Shown here piece by piece: positions 12,791 to 27,000 of a DNA stretch of 64,000 bases. Below the pieces are notes generated by a model. It saw nothing but the letters and a program-made list of their open reading frames with translations. It had not been told where the DNA came from and did no database searches. Numbering within the stretch: position 1 is the stretch's first letter; each line of letters starts with the position of its first letter. Made by a program: the position numbers and the translations under genes. Source of the stretch: Octopus vulgaris (taxonomy: Eukaryota); the NCBI GenBank assembly GCA_951406725.2, contig OX597821.1, forward strand, positions 52,700,001 to 52,764,000, given 5' to 3'.

Positions 12791-13934
12791 TAGAGCAGTT
12801 AAGGAATGGAGTACATAATATCCGGGCTACATAAGTTTCATAGCGGAACCTATAAAGTGGTAAATATACAAGCGAAGTTCATATCGCAGGCTTCTCTGCA
12901 GGTCAAGCGTATCCACGATACGGAAAAAAAAACCCTACAACCTTCCGCTTCAATAAACCACTATTGTTCCTGAAAGTTGTTATTTATATTTTCACCGGTT
13001 TGCATTTATGTATCTATACAGTGTCTATTTATACATGCATGCATATATATGTGTGTGTATTTATATATGTAATGCAAATACTACACTACAATATATAATT
13101 TATTCATCCGGACGCTAGAATGTGTTTTCAACGAGATTTTATTACTATTCTTATGAATGGTCTCTTTCTTTTACCCTTTTTAATAAGTAATGTTGGCTTT
13201 TACTACTGTTTCTGATTTTTCTGCAAAGAACAGTGGTACCAAACTATTCCATTATTGATCACAATGTCTGGTTTCATAAAAACAGTCATTAATAGCTTTG
13301 GAATTAGTATGTGCTGTTGTTGTTGTTAACTTATTACTTCGAATGACTATGACGTTGTATGAAGTTAGCTGGTCTTATTGTTACTTTAACTCTTTTCTTG
13401 GAATAGCTACAGTTTCGAATGAAGAATATAACAGGAAATGGAAGGCATTATCAGTCAGTTGCAAAAGAAAAAAACAAAAAAACAAAAACAAAACAGTTTT
13501 TTCGGTGTGCTATAGAGCTGAGGACGTGACGTAAACACTAACATAATAAGCGTTATCAAAATACCACACATATGGCGTATAACCTCAAATAAATCAGTGC
13601 ACTCCTGCAAATACTTGGACTTATGTGTTTGCGTCTCTGTGTGCATTTGTATATATATATATATAGTGTTTGTGTGTGTCTGTATGTGTTTGTGTGTGTG
13701 TGTGTGTATGTGCGCACATCTGTGGTTGCGTTTCTATGTGTGTGTTTGTGCAGTGTGTATTTTCATGACTGACAATAAAAATCTAGATTTGAGAATTTTT
13801 TTCAAGTTAAACATGGCAAACTATTCTCATTAGCACAAACATAAACTTCTTTGTCTGGATTATCATTTCTATCCAGGCTATTAAGTTCATTGTACTGAGC
13901 ACAAGAAAGTATGGCAGATATCACAAGAGATTCC

Positions 13935-14130
13935 GTGAAATAGCCAAGTCTACACACTATCCAGTATTGTTATCATGAGTATGTCATATTAGAAGCGTGT
14001 CAGCATTCTAAGAATTTATCGATTACCGGCAACATGTTTAGTTGTCTCTAGGTATATACATACATAAATATGACTGTGTGTGAAATAGCCAAGTCTTCAC
14101 AATATCCAGTATTGCTATAAATATGTCACA
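13935..14130. repeat. Two ~50-bp direct repeats 145 bp apart
   Basis: gtgaaatagccaagtct(a/t)cac(ac/aa)tatccagtattg(t/c)tat at 13935 and 14080. Confidence 0.85.
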
Positions 14131-14174
14131 CACACAAACACAGAAATATATATATGTGTATTTATAAATATATA

Positions 14175-14323
14175 TCTGTAAATTACTATGTGACAATTAT
14201 TCAATAGCCAAAATAAAACTCTGAGTTTCGGATGCCGAAGTGGAAATCCACAACACCATCTCTTCGGTTATCTGGCCATAATATTGAGGTCTCTTTCTTT
14301 CTTTTGTTATCTTACCGTTTTTA

Positions 14324-14328
<5 letters not shown>
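14175..14328 (-). mobile_element. Short PLE pLTR-like fragment containing a hammerhead-like motif (14211-14273), next to (TA)n
   Basis: Minus strand: agataa-CCGAAGA-gatggtg...cggcatc-c-GAAA-ctc-a-gag-TT-ttattt. Stems I, II and III can all be drawn. Confidence 0.55.
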
Positions 14329-14397
<69 letters not shown>

Positions 14398-14524
14398 TTT
14401 GTGTTATTCCAATTGTGTGCTGATTGTAGCTAATCTAATTTCTCTCTAATTACTCGTATGCTCTTCCTTGCCTGGAACAAAACACCTTCCAGTAGCAACA
14501 AACGAAGACAATTTTTCGTATTTC

Positions 14525-14738
14525 TTCTCTTTCTTTTTACTTGTTTCAGTCATTTGACTGCGGCCATGTTGGAGCACCGCCTTTGGTCGAGCAAATCGAA
14601 CCCAGAGCTTATTCTTTGTAAGCCTAGTACTTATTTTACCGGCCTCCTTTGCGGAACCGCTAAGTTACAGGGACGTAAACACAACAGCATCGGTTGTCAA
14701 GCGATGCTTGGGGAACAAACACAGACACAAAAACATGT

Positions 14739-14771
<33 letters not shown>

Positions 14772-14914
14772 CATATACGACGGGCTTCCAGTTTCCGTCT
14801 ACCAAATCCGAGGCTGTAGTAGAAGGCACTTGCCCAAGGTGCAACGCAGTGGAACTGAACCAAGGACCATGTGGTTGCTAAGTAAGCTACCTACCACACA
14901 GCCACTTCTGCGCC
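14525..14914 (-). mobile_element. tRNA-derived SINE family D (internal (CA)/(TA) microsatellite)
   Basis: Collinear with 46446-46875: 'tgtttcagtcatttgactgcggccatg.tggagcaccgcc ... gtttccgtctaccaaatcc ... actgaacc..gaccatgtggtt ... cacagccact'. Confidence 0.88.
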
Positions 14915-14987
14915 ATAAAGGAATGTTTATTATACTGTTAGTTCTACACTTGTCATGAATAGCATTTGTCTTGCGTGAGTTTACATT

Positions 14988-15028
<41 letters not shown>

Positions 15029-15702
15029 CTGATAAGTTTTATCAGTAAATATTCTGTTTCAAAATCCTACTAAAGTACATATTTCAGTTCACTCCTCTGG
15101 AGACAATAAATGTAAGTTAATGTTAATTCAAGCAATTATGATTGTGCCAAGAAAGTATTTTCTTTCAGTGAAAGATGCAATCGAATATAGCTCTTCCCGG
15201 CAATAATCGTATCCAAATTAATGATCAATTTATTATCTCTTGAGGAATAATATTCCTAATTAATTGTATAAGTTTATGGTCTGATTAATTACTGATCCAC
15301 ACTTTTGATACGGCTTCACACTAATTACTGGCATAAAAGTTTCATTCTATTTATTAATGTACTGTAATATCTTCATGTTTGAGTTATGAGAATCCAGTTT
15401 GCACAACTAAAACCCCCGTCTGGGTTAACAATACGAATTGAGAGTTTTCAGCGAGTTTACTCTGTTGCAAATATGCAAATAGCAATCGAGTTTCTCTCCG
15501 CGAATACCTCTACAACCCGTAAATGTTACAACTGCAGTTCAGTGGCAACAAACTCGTTCTTATCGTCTGGTCGCGTGATATATGTTACCCTGGCCAACCC
15601 GTCATTCAAATAATATCAAATTTGCAATAAATATGAAGAAAGGTTAATGTTTCACACATACATACATACACAAGCATACACACACGCACACACACACACA
15701 TG

Positions 15703-15744
<42 letters not shown>

Positions 15745-15770
15745 TATATATTCATATATATGTATGTGTG

Positions 15771-15869
<99 letters not shown>

Positions 15870-15988
15870 CAACACTATAATGGAGAAGGAATTATTAAAT
15901 GGTTGACCGTCTGGAAATACTTTTATAAATTAATGTTCTCGGAAATTTCCTATAATTTCGATTTTTCAAGTTTCTTGTATTATTTAGA

Positions 15989-16070
15989 TCCAATTTCTCG
16001 AAAATTTAAATATTCATTGCATTCACTGTGTCCAATTCACAAATTTAAATATTCAGCGCATTCACTGCGG
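15989..16070. repeat. ~40-bp imperfect tandem duplication
   Basis: tccaatt...aaatttaaatattca(tt/gc)gcattcactg(t/c)g occurs twice. Confidence 0.8.
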
Positions 16071-16481
16071 AATATTCGTCTTTCATTTGCAAACTCTCTC
16101 ACTTTCTCTTTGAAGTTGTGATTCGCTATTTAGAAAACCGAAAGTCAGTTCTATTAATGTATACGTAATTTAATACTTATTGAATAAAAATTTTAAAAAT
16201 GCCACTATGATTTTTGAACACGGAATAGCTGTGAGAAGAGCCTAGAAAGTTTGGTAGTTATTATTAGAAGACTGGGAGAAAAAAAAGTTACCGACAAGTA
16301 CTCGAAACTTGCACGTCATTCACAGTTTCCAAACACGCTGTACCACTAAGCCAACATATACACAAACAGGCTGCACGAGCGACTTCAACAGTGACACGCT
16401 CAAACACACTCATAGATACACAACAAAATCAAATGAAAGGCAATGAATACGTGGGTGCGTGCGTCTGTGTGTGTGTGTTGC

Positions 16482-16569
<88 letters not shown>

Positions 16570-16631
16570 TTGTATTTATATCCAGGAATAAATCGTATGA
16601 CTACCATCACATAATTAAAATGAACCAATCG

Positions 16632-16690
16632 CAACTAAGTAGAGTTATGGCTGATTAACAACTAAGTAGAGTTATGGCTGATTAACAACT
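16632..16690. repeat. Perfect 27-bp tandem duplication
   Basis: caactaagtagagttatggctgattaa x2, plus caact. Confidence 0.95.
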
Positions 16691-18522
16691 TGGCTGCATA
16701 CTTAGGAGTTTTGGTGTTCAATTTTGCATTACCACATATATCGTACCTCTTTATTTACTATCCTCTGGTAAACTCAAAGCTTTAGCAGCAACAATTTACT
16801 TGACAGAATGAATGTAGAGTCGCAGCAGATGTTTATTTCTTTAGGAATCCGTCTTAAAACCACTGCTTGGGCTTTGGGTGTTATTTGTAATCTCCACTCT
16901 TTTGCAAACGGTGAACGAAAACTTTGGACTAAAGATAAAACTCTTCATCCCTCCTACCATTCAGAAAGGCTCTAGCAGACAAGTTATAAATGATATCCTA
17001 TCTTTCATCAGTCAATAAGCTAAGAATGTTAATGCTGAAAATATGTAATCTAATGTGTACAAATTTGGAATGACACTTGATCTTTGATACAAAATCAGAT
17101 TATAACTCCCAGTATGGTCATTAAGTAATTGTCTTGTCTTAGTTGACATTGAAGAAATATATGGTTATACTAAACATGTAATATAAATGAAGCTAGACTT
17201 ATTTTATTTCTACACCGCAATTCCTCGAAAGTTTACTGAAGTGTTTCAAACTATTATTAATTTTTGTATTTGTTGTAGGGTGCTCAACGTCCCTGGCAGC
17301 TGCTCTTTGGTATTGATGGTCAGGTGGATAGATGTCATAAATTCTTAGTCAACTCCAAATCTCTCACTTGATGGCTCCTAAAGCCACACGCCGATACCCT
17401 ACTTCAGCTGGCAGGCTAAACCAAGTGACGGAATATTAGTAGGACTCCGAGTAAAGCTTCCCAAGGAGTCACCGGCTAGAGCGGAGTAACCTGCTCAGGT
17501 CAATAGCCTCAACGCGTGTTTCAAGTAAAGACTAAAAGCTTGGAGAGGAAAGGGCACCACTAAGCTAACTTACCTATGATAAATACATGATGATAGCAAA
17601 TATACCAGAGCCCATAATGCAGCGGTCGTCACTGGGGCTAACGTCAAAGTACGGATAGGCTTCAATTTTGCCGACTCACACCGAGGGCAACAAAAGTGGC
17701 AATATCCAGTTCTGACGTCATCAACCGATTCCCTATAGAACACATGGTTAAAGGATAGGAAGGAAAAAGGAATGAAGGGTTGTCATTGTTGATATCTAGC
17801 TGTTGGCCAGTCTTCCTTGAAGAAAGTATAACAAACGAAAGACATAACAAACGAAACCAGCCTGTCTGATTTTCATACATAATTTATATAGACTTATATC
17901 CAAGAACTACCTTAAAAAACTTCATTGCACAATATATAAACCATATACGTATGTTTCTGTGAACTCGTGTGTGTTGGTGATTAGCTGTAGATTTGGATGC
18001 TACTTTAACCTTTGTCAAATTGGTCACACATGATAATACTATGAAGTTTGGGCCCAAAAATATTCACATCGATGTAGATCTGGAACTACATGATTTTAAA
18101 ATAAGCCTCTTAACTACAAGTGATATATGAGCCCACGCAGGTGTTGGTATTAATTGGACCAAATGTAGTAAATGCAGAATACATGGCCGAACATAGAGCC
18201 GTAATGCAGGGAAGTGTTGCCAACGTTACTCCACAATGGTTGACAGCAATAAAATCTACATACAGTATTTACTAAATGGTACTGAGTAGATATTAATGGT
18301 ATTGTAAATTAAATTAGCGCAAACTAATGTGTAAGTATTGGACGTTAATCAGTCAGTATATTATGAAACACCTTGTGGTCTATCAATGATTCTCCTAGAA
18401 AGTAGTTGGGAAAATAATTTCCAAAGAACTATTAAAAGCATTGTGAGAATAGAATGATGTCTATTGTTGCGAATACGCACAGAAATATTGTTTTGTAGAG
18501 ATGTGTACACATACAAAAGCAA

Positions 18523-19153
<631 letters not shown>

Positions 19154-19157
19154 GTGT

Positions 19158-19745
19158 GCATGTCCACTGTGGTCTCCCTACACAAAACAAAATATTATGG
19201 GAATTGAAGCTCCCCAAAGGTCAATCACAAAAAAGATAGATGGCATGTCAGACCTTGACTACTGGGGTAGACTAGAGAAGCTGAAATTGTATTCACTCCA
19301 ACGACGCCGTGAACGCTACATTATATGTATGATGTGGAAAATATTCCATCAGCACTGTCCGAATGATGTTGGCTTCACCTTCAAAATGCATCCAAAGCTT
19401 GGACCACGTGCCATCCGTCCACAACAAAAATCTAAATCGCATCACATAACGACAATACGGCACAACTATTTCACCTCAGTTGGACCCGCTCTCTTCAACA
19501 TTACACCAGGACACGTCAAAAAAGAAACTGACCACACAAAATTCAAGAAGTCTTTGGACAAATTCCTTCAAACAGTACCGGACAAACCACCCACACCCGG
19601 ATATGTCTCCGCAAACAATAACTCTCTGCTCGAATGGGCCTTGGTGCCCAAATCCTGAACTGAAAGACTTCGCCAGGTGGTGCTATTAAGTTAGACATGG
19701 CCTGGGCCAATACTGGCCAAAACCTTTCTAAGTTATTCTAAGTTA
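19158..19745 (+). mobile_element. 5'-truncated CR1/L2-group LINE: ORF2 C-terminus, short 3' UTR and (ttctaagtta)2 tail
   Basis: The ORF is open for ~165 aa: 'LWSPY...[39 protein letters not shown]...FKKSLDKFL', matching the CR1-type 'WSP..LE.VQRRATK...Y.ERL..L.L.SL..RR' signature. Tandem tail at 19726-19745; TA tracts on both sides. Confidence 0.88.
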
Positions 19746-19771
19746 TATATATATATTTATATATATATATA

Positions 19772-19835
<64 letters not shown>

Positions 19836-20031
19836 AGTGTGTGTGTATCCTCACAGTCACATACACATAAACACACATATATCAACGTTTGCTTTTTAAA
19901 ATTGGAAAGGAGCAGGGTATATACCTGAATCAGATATTCCATATATCTTATTAGCTCGCGTTGCTGCAGTTGTCTCTCAAATTTCTCAGACACTCGTGAA
20001 AATATGTATCACGTTTTTTAACAACAACAAT

Positions 20032-20041
20032 AATAGTAGTT

Positions 20042-20107
<66 letters not shown>

Positions 20108-20108
20108 A
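20032..20108. repeat. (TAG)n microsatellite
   Basis: Seen directly. Confidence 0.95.
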
Positions 20109-20675
20109 TACATTACTTTAATTTTGGATTAAATTCATTTACACCAGACTACATATTCTTATACTTCTACCATTTTACATTTTTCTACATTTTTGTCTCT
20201 GTTTAACCTCTTGGATATTAAATGAAATATTTTCTTTTTTCTTCATTTCCATCCATCACGTGGTTTCGTTACTTATATATCTACTGCCTTGACACTTACA
20301 ATGGATACTTGACTTTGGGCTTTAAACCGTTTCATTTGTTTCTTTCACTGCTATTCTTACAAGAAATGCAAATTACGACCTAACTGCACACATCTCTTAC
20401 AAGGCTTTACTTTTTATCACCTACATAAATAAAAGAAGCGATCTTCGTCCCAACTAATTGAAGAAGCAGTATATTAGAAGCTTATAATATATGTATGTAT
20501 GTGCCCATATATATATATATATAAATTCTTTGCTAAAACTTGGAGAATTACCCTAGTACTTCTGTGAATTTTCATGTTCTTCAACATTATTAAATGTTTA
20601 ACTGCGCATGTATGGAAACTCCCTATGCGATTACTATTACTATATATATATATACAGAAAGAGAGAGAGAGATAT

Positions 20676-20717
<42 letters not shown>

Positions 20718-21851
20718 GCTTAACAACAACAAAAAATGACAAAATGCCTGTCAAAACACATTTCGTGTCTGCTGTAAGTAAGTGACACGCACACTTGCAC
20801 TTGAAGTTCTTCGTTCTCGGCTTTTTGGCCATGTATTTATGAAGCTGTAACCCTAAGAATATATTGTGTGTATATCGATTTGTGTTTTGTAGAAAAGTTG
20901 TTTGACCGTGTGTTTTAACGGGACTTACTAATTTGAGACAGAGCATTTTAGTTTGCTCACGTCTGAACAACGAGGAGATAACAGAGATCGTGTCAGACTC
21001 AAACGTTTGTTACAGCAGAACACGCTATTAATACTGATGAATGTATTGGTAGCATATGGACACATCCTTTCTTTGCATAATTCTAAGATATTTCAGATGG
21101 ATATAAAAGAGATATAGGAAATTAAGACAGCTAATTGAGTTCTTCCTGCTTGAAGAACGAATTTTTCTTTTATTATTTTTGTATTGCTAGAAAAGAAGAA
21201 AATAATAATAAACATTATTATAGTGTTGCGTCTAATTCACCTTTATTTTAATGATTTTCATGTTTTATTTTCTTATTACAAAACAAAAAATAACAACAGA
21301 CTATAAAGCGTAGCTTCTGTACAATCATGGAAGACTGGTCATGACTCTATAAAGGAATAAATAAATGGCAAATATCGATTTATTTTCTCAGTAGTTATTA
21401 ACATAATTGACTGAATTGGCAAATAAGTTGTTTTGTATAATTTTTGTTTTTTCTCCTACGGTAGCAATTCACGTCTAACGAGGGAAGACGAACAAGAAGA
21501 CAGGAAGTAGTAACGTTATATTTGAATCGTCATTCTGAAAAGTAATTGTTATGTTTTCTGCAGTAGAAACATTGAATGAATAATACAAGAAGCGGGATTA
21601 TCGTTATGCTATTTTATATATTTTGTTTCTTTCCATTTGGGACAGTTTCAGATGATATAAACGGAAGCATGGTTGTATGCTTAAAAGACACGCTTCTCGG
21701 CCGCGTTGTTCCTGACTGGTTACATCGGCGCACTACTTTGGGGCTCTCAGCATGTCTTCGTTGGCGGCAACGGAAGAATTACTTTGCATATGGAATTTTG
21801 TAGAGTGAAACGATACAGAAGACACTAGCACACGCGTGTATATATATATAT

Positions 21852-21905
<54 letters not shown>

Positions 21906-22012
21906 ATATATATATATAAGTAGCGGCATAGAAAATATCCCTGAATATCAGTTTGAGAATGCACACGTGCATACTTCAGTAGCACCAGCGCCAGATTTGG
22001 TACTAGCAGAGA

Positions 22013-22043
<31 letters not shown>

Positions 22044-23181
22044 TTAACGATACATATCTAAACCATAATGGCATAGATGTGCCTAATAAGGTTTCAAATA
22101 AGAAATGAATTGTGATATAACAAATATCATGACATAAAGTGCACACGCACGTACACACACATACTTATAAGTATACACTGACGCATACAAATGCTCAAGA
22201 AATATCTGGACAGAAGTATGTATACATACATTCCTAATATCAAACACTGATACATGCATAGATGCACACACTAATAGCCATACATGCATATAAACACACA
22301 CACTCACATACACATACACTCGCGCGCACACACACGCACGCACACACAACATAGATAACGCATACACATGCGTAAAATGTACACGTAAAACCAATAGGCA
22401 CGTAATTAATTAAGTTTTGGACAGTTACGCTTCAGAACATTATAATATAAAACATAAATAAGAGCAATTTAGAGAGGTATTTGGGAACGACAAGAGGGTA
22501 ATTACTTATTAATAGGTATTAGCAAATTGGGTGTGGCTGGGGAATAAACAAGATGTCCAACGAAATCGCAAATGATTTTAAGAAATATATTTCCACAAAA
22601 ATATATGCATATACGCATGTATATATGTGTACAGGAATATCCAATTTAAATTACAGATGAAGAAAATTAGGGATAGTACTATACTCATTCCAGTTTCTAA
22701 GTTTACTTAGCCATCTTATCTCAACTAAAAGACAAGACTCTACACGTATTCATGCTGCCAACGTACTTAACTAGAACTGCTCAAAATAATAACATCTTGA
22801 CTGTGTTATAAGGATATGGAGTGTTACTGCATATGTGTGAAAATTCAGAGCACACATGTCAAGATGCAGAAAAATAATTACTATATGCAGACAGAAAAAT
22901 GTGTATACAATCAAAGCTTAACTCATGTTAACATTTTAACACGTTCAGCAAATGCACATATGTATGGGCTGGAGTGTGGGCAATTTTGCGTGTATATATG
23001 CACCCGTATGCAGCTGTTCCTTGTTCGCTGTATGTACAAATTAAACAGGTAAGTGGGTATGTATTTGGTTGATATAAATAATCTGCAAATGCATGGGATC
23101 GTCCAAGTGCACATGTGTGTACGCATTGAGGGGTCTATATACGTATGTCGGTAAACACACAAACATATATACATACATATT

Positions 23182-23236
<55 letters not shown>

Positions 23237-23410
23237 GCGAGCGGAAAAGACCAGCCGGAAGACCTCCACGACGGCGGAGTTACGATTTCAGGAGGAGGAT
23301 TGGGATCACGTGGATGAGAAAGGCGCGATCCAGAGGGGAGTGGACAGCGTGCTGTGACCAGTGGTGTCAAATGGACGCCTGACGGACTGGTCAGTCAAGT
23401 GATCAAGTGA
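23237..23410 (+). mobile_element. RTE-clade LINE extreme 3' end with (tcaagtga)2 tail, inserted in (TA)n
   Basis: Translates RKRPAGRPPRRRSYDFRRRIGITWMRKARSRGEW..., the RTE C-terminal 'R..GRP..RW....W...A..R..W' pattern. GC-rich island in a TA tract. Confidence 0.8.
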
Positions 23411-23431
23411 TATATATATGATACTAATGAA

Positions 23432-23617
23432 ATTTTTTTTTAGAACGCAGTACTGCCGTTAGAAGAGTAGAAATATTGGGCAAATTACACTTATAACACG
23501 CAAAAATTTGTTAGCTGTGGGACCATAACCCCCTAAACTGCCCGCTACCAAATTTACCCGCAAATTTAGATGATATTAAGTGATATGCACAATTACGCGT
23601 ATATAAATATAAACAAA

Positions 23618-23650
<33 letters not shown>

Positions 23651-24036
23651 AGCGTCGATAATGTGCATTGTACGATAAAAATAAGATGATCATTTTTCCC
23701 TAACGCAGAACCGCAGAAATATTGTCTAAATCATTTTTACAAGGTGGAAAAATTTGTCATCAAACGGCTATTCCTGCTGCTTATAAAAAAATGTTAGTTT
23801 ATATTTATATATACGTAGTTGTGTTTTTAGCTTATTAGCGTCTAAATTTGCGGATAAATTTATTATTAGGCATTTCTAGCTTAAAGGTAAAGAACTTAGG
23901 CGAAGTATTTGAAGGATGTGGTTTCGAGCCCCATTGCTGTTTGTTGACAAACGTTTTCGCTTTGTAAGGGTAATTAACCCCATATTAAACCCATATTTCT
24001 GCTGTTCTAACGTCTGTTCTATCTTCAGAAAAAATA
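23432..24036. mobile_element. Old fold-back/MITE-like element with ~190-250-bp diverged inverted arms
   Basis: 'cgttagaagagtagaaatattggg' (23457) pairs with 'cccatatttctgctgttctaacg' (~23990-24012). 'aaatttacccgcaaatttaga...tatataaatataaac' (23550-23614) pairs with 'gtttatatttatata...tctaaatttgcggataaattt' (23797-23861). Confidence 0.7.
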
Positions 24037-27000
24037 TCTTATTTCTAACGTACAATACACATTTTCGAACATTATAAAAAAATCAGTTTGCTTGTATTCA
24101 CACACACACACACACACATACACAGAGGATCCTTAGTTTAGTTAAAATGTGTTCCTGACATATTTTAAATTCTAAAGGTAAATTCACTGCAGTTACCAAC
24201 AAGAATAAAATTCCCTCTCATGGTAAAATGTCTAAAAAACTATATCTACCCACGACTTCCCCCAATCAGATTCCCAGGTATATAATAAGGACACCAAAGT
24301 TCGTTTATTCTTAATCACTGTTTGGTGCTGATGTTAATATATTTTTCGAATGATGCAACCCAGTCAGTGATGATGCTCAGTTTCCGTTAAAACTACGAAT
24401 TTGAAGCTGTCCTGACCTGACAAACCTGTCTTCGGTATTTCCCAACGAGGAAGGCTAAAGATTAAGAAACAGCCGTCTCGGAATCCGATAAGGGGAAGCA
24501 CTGGGCAGACATGGCGTTTTAATACCTTTTAGAGAAGTTTTCTCCGCGGTAACTGCAGTAGAATTTGCGTTTGGAGGTTTTAAAATGTCACCCATGTGTA
24601 TGTCGGTGTATACGTTTGTGTACATATGTCTTTAGTGGGGGGAGAGAAAGACAAATATGTGTGTCTATGTTACTAGATGTACATGTCAGCATGTATGCAA
24701 ATCCAAATATGTAAAAATTCATGTATATAAGTACACGAGTTATTGTACAATGTCTAAGCATACATTTCTGAAAAAACATTCCTCATTTTCATAGCACTTT
24801 CATTTCCTCTGACTTTCTAAGGACTACCTGCTGTTATAAGACCGCGTTTCACTATCGTCAAGTCAGTCACTCACTTCCTCTCTCATTCCTCACTTATTCA
24901 ACCCTAATGGTATGATACTTATAAACATATAGATATATAATACATAGCATATGCACACAAACATACACAAAGACGTACACGTGCGCGCACACACATATGT
25001 GTATATATATAGGTGTGTGTGTGTGTGTGGATATATACATGCACATCCATACATACATACATACATATACACACACACACATACATACATATATACACAC
25101 ACACACACACACATATATGTATATATATATATATAATTATTTATTCAACGTGCATGTATATGAGTAAGGGCTTACGTGTGTGAATTTGTGTTTTTCTGCC
25201 TATATGTGTATATATTTCTTCATATTATATCCATTGCAACATATATAAGCAAAATTGGTTTTCATCTGACGTGTCGAATATTCAGTAAGTGTCATATGGG
25301 AAACAAGCTTACAAGACAAAATTATTCAATATTCAAATTTTGTGGATACAAAGAACATTCTGTTTAGCAAATCCTCGGTGGGTGTTACTTGTATATTTTA
25401 TTATCGTTATCATGACGAAATTGTGTATTAGGAGAGACAAAATCTGTTGAAATTTCTCAACTATAATTGGCGATGCGTCATGTTTTTTGCTACAAATTAT
25501 TGTTTACACGTTATGCATATTTGCATAAATATGAAAGTTTTCGATTTCGAAATGTATGCTTTTTGATGCTGACTTCATTTTATAGTGAGTGATAAGTGTT
25601 ATTGCTATAGGTTTGTCGTTAACTTATGCAACATTTTTGCTTCTTGATTTTTTTTTCACCCTGGAGTTACTGACATAAATCTAAATCGAATGTCTATATA
25701 ACGCCTATCGGTCATGTTCCCGATATTAAAAGTATTTCTTCTCCATGTTTCGAAAACGGAAATATATTTTTGGCCTATATCTAAAAGTGTCATATCATCA
25801 TTGAATTTGAATAAGTTTAAGAATAAAATGCAATAATGATGGTTTAGTTTTACATGAATATTTATGCAAATCCTATGTTGATTTTCTTTAGAATTAGAAA
25901 TTGATGCCTCGGTAGTTACTTTATCTAAGACTGAACGCTTGTGCAGTGTAATACGCTTTCCCAACGGGCTCAACAGTAATTCAATCCTTATGCAAGTAAA
26001 TATATAGGAATGAAAATAACCTGAAATATTCTTAAGATTTCATCAAACGTACCATAGACATAAATCTCAGCAGACATTTTAAATAAACAGATATAGTTCC
26101 AAACAAATTTCAGAGTGATTCTTATCACAATTGAGAAATAATCACCAGTAAAATTAAAAGAATTTAACCTTTTTCTAGATTACTACATGCACGTTTCCTA
26201 ATGGAGGTGAATCTGATACTTCCTACCGAAATTATACAATTTAATGAGGATACTAAAATATTTAATGTAGATTCAAATGTTATTTCAAAATAAAATCTGA
26301 ATTTTACACTAGTAAGCCAATATCCATTCAAACACAACTGCCGTGATAAATACGCTTTATAGCGAATATAAATGAAGGAACTTTAAGAATATATTAGATG
26401 TAAAAATAAATTTGATATATTGATTGCCTGTTTAAGTACTCTGTCGATTTTGTAGTGTGGTATGTCAGTATTTAGCATTCCATCTATGCCAAAGTTGTAT
26501 AATGTTCTTTCGTGCATAAAGATGCAATAGAATCGTTGGATTCAGTTTGCGAAGTACATTGAGAAAAGGATTCAAATTAAGTAGATTAGTGGGCAGTTAC
26601 GTTATCTTTGATAAAATCTCTTTGGAGGCTGATCCCTAAATGGCTTTATAAAGGTATGGATATAATTTAACAATGCCCGGCGTTGAAAGAAAAGAAAATT
26701 TGTATTGGAAACATAATTAGAGTATATTTATCACATGGTTAATTTTTTCGTTCGAAAGAAACACAGTATCGCTGTATAGTTAATTATCTCACTTCGTAAA
26801 CATTGCTTCGTAGTCAGTCGTACTGTATATCCACTTAGAACGATCTCGGATATTATGAGTCAAATTCTATAGCTGGAAGCCTTGTTGAAGCCTGTCTGAG
26901 GGATAACTACTATTCTTGTGTGAATGCGGTCAATCTAGAGCCATGCTTAATATCAGCATCCGGTAATTGGGGGACTATAGTATAATCCGACATCGTTGTT

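Noticed and set aside
20845-20890. 'taaccctaagaatatattgtgtg', superficially like miR-10
   Set aside because: The seed and mature sequence do not match, and there is no convincing precursor hairpin.
25656-25973. ORF starting 'SPLGKRITLHKRSV', reminiscent of a GIY-YIG helix
   Set aside because: It is a single short motif without the YIG element; too weak to call.
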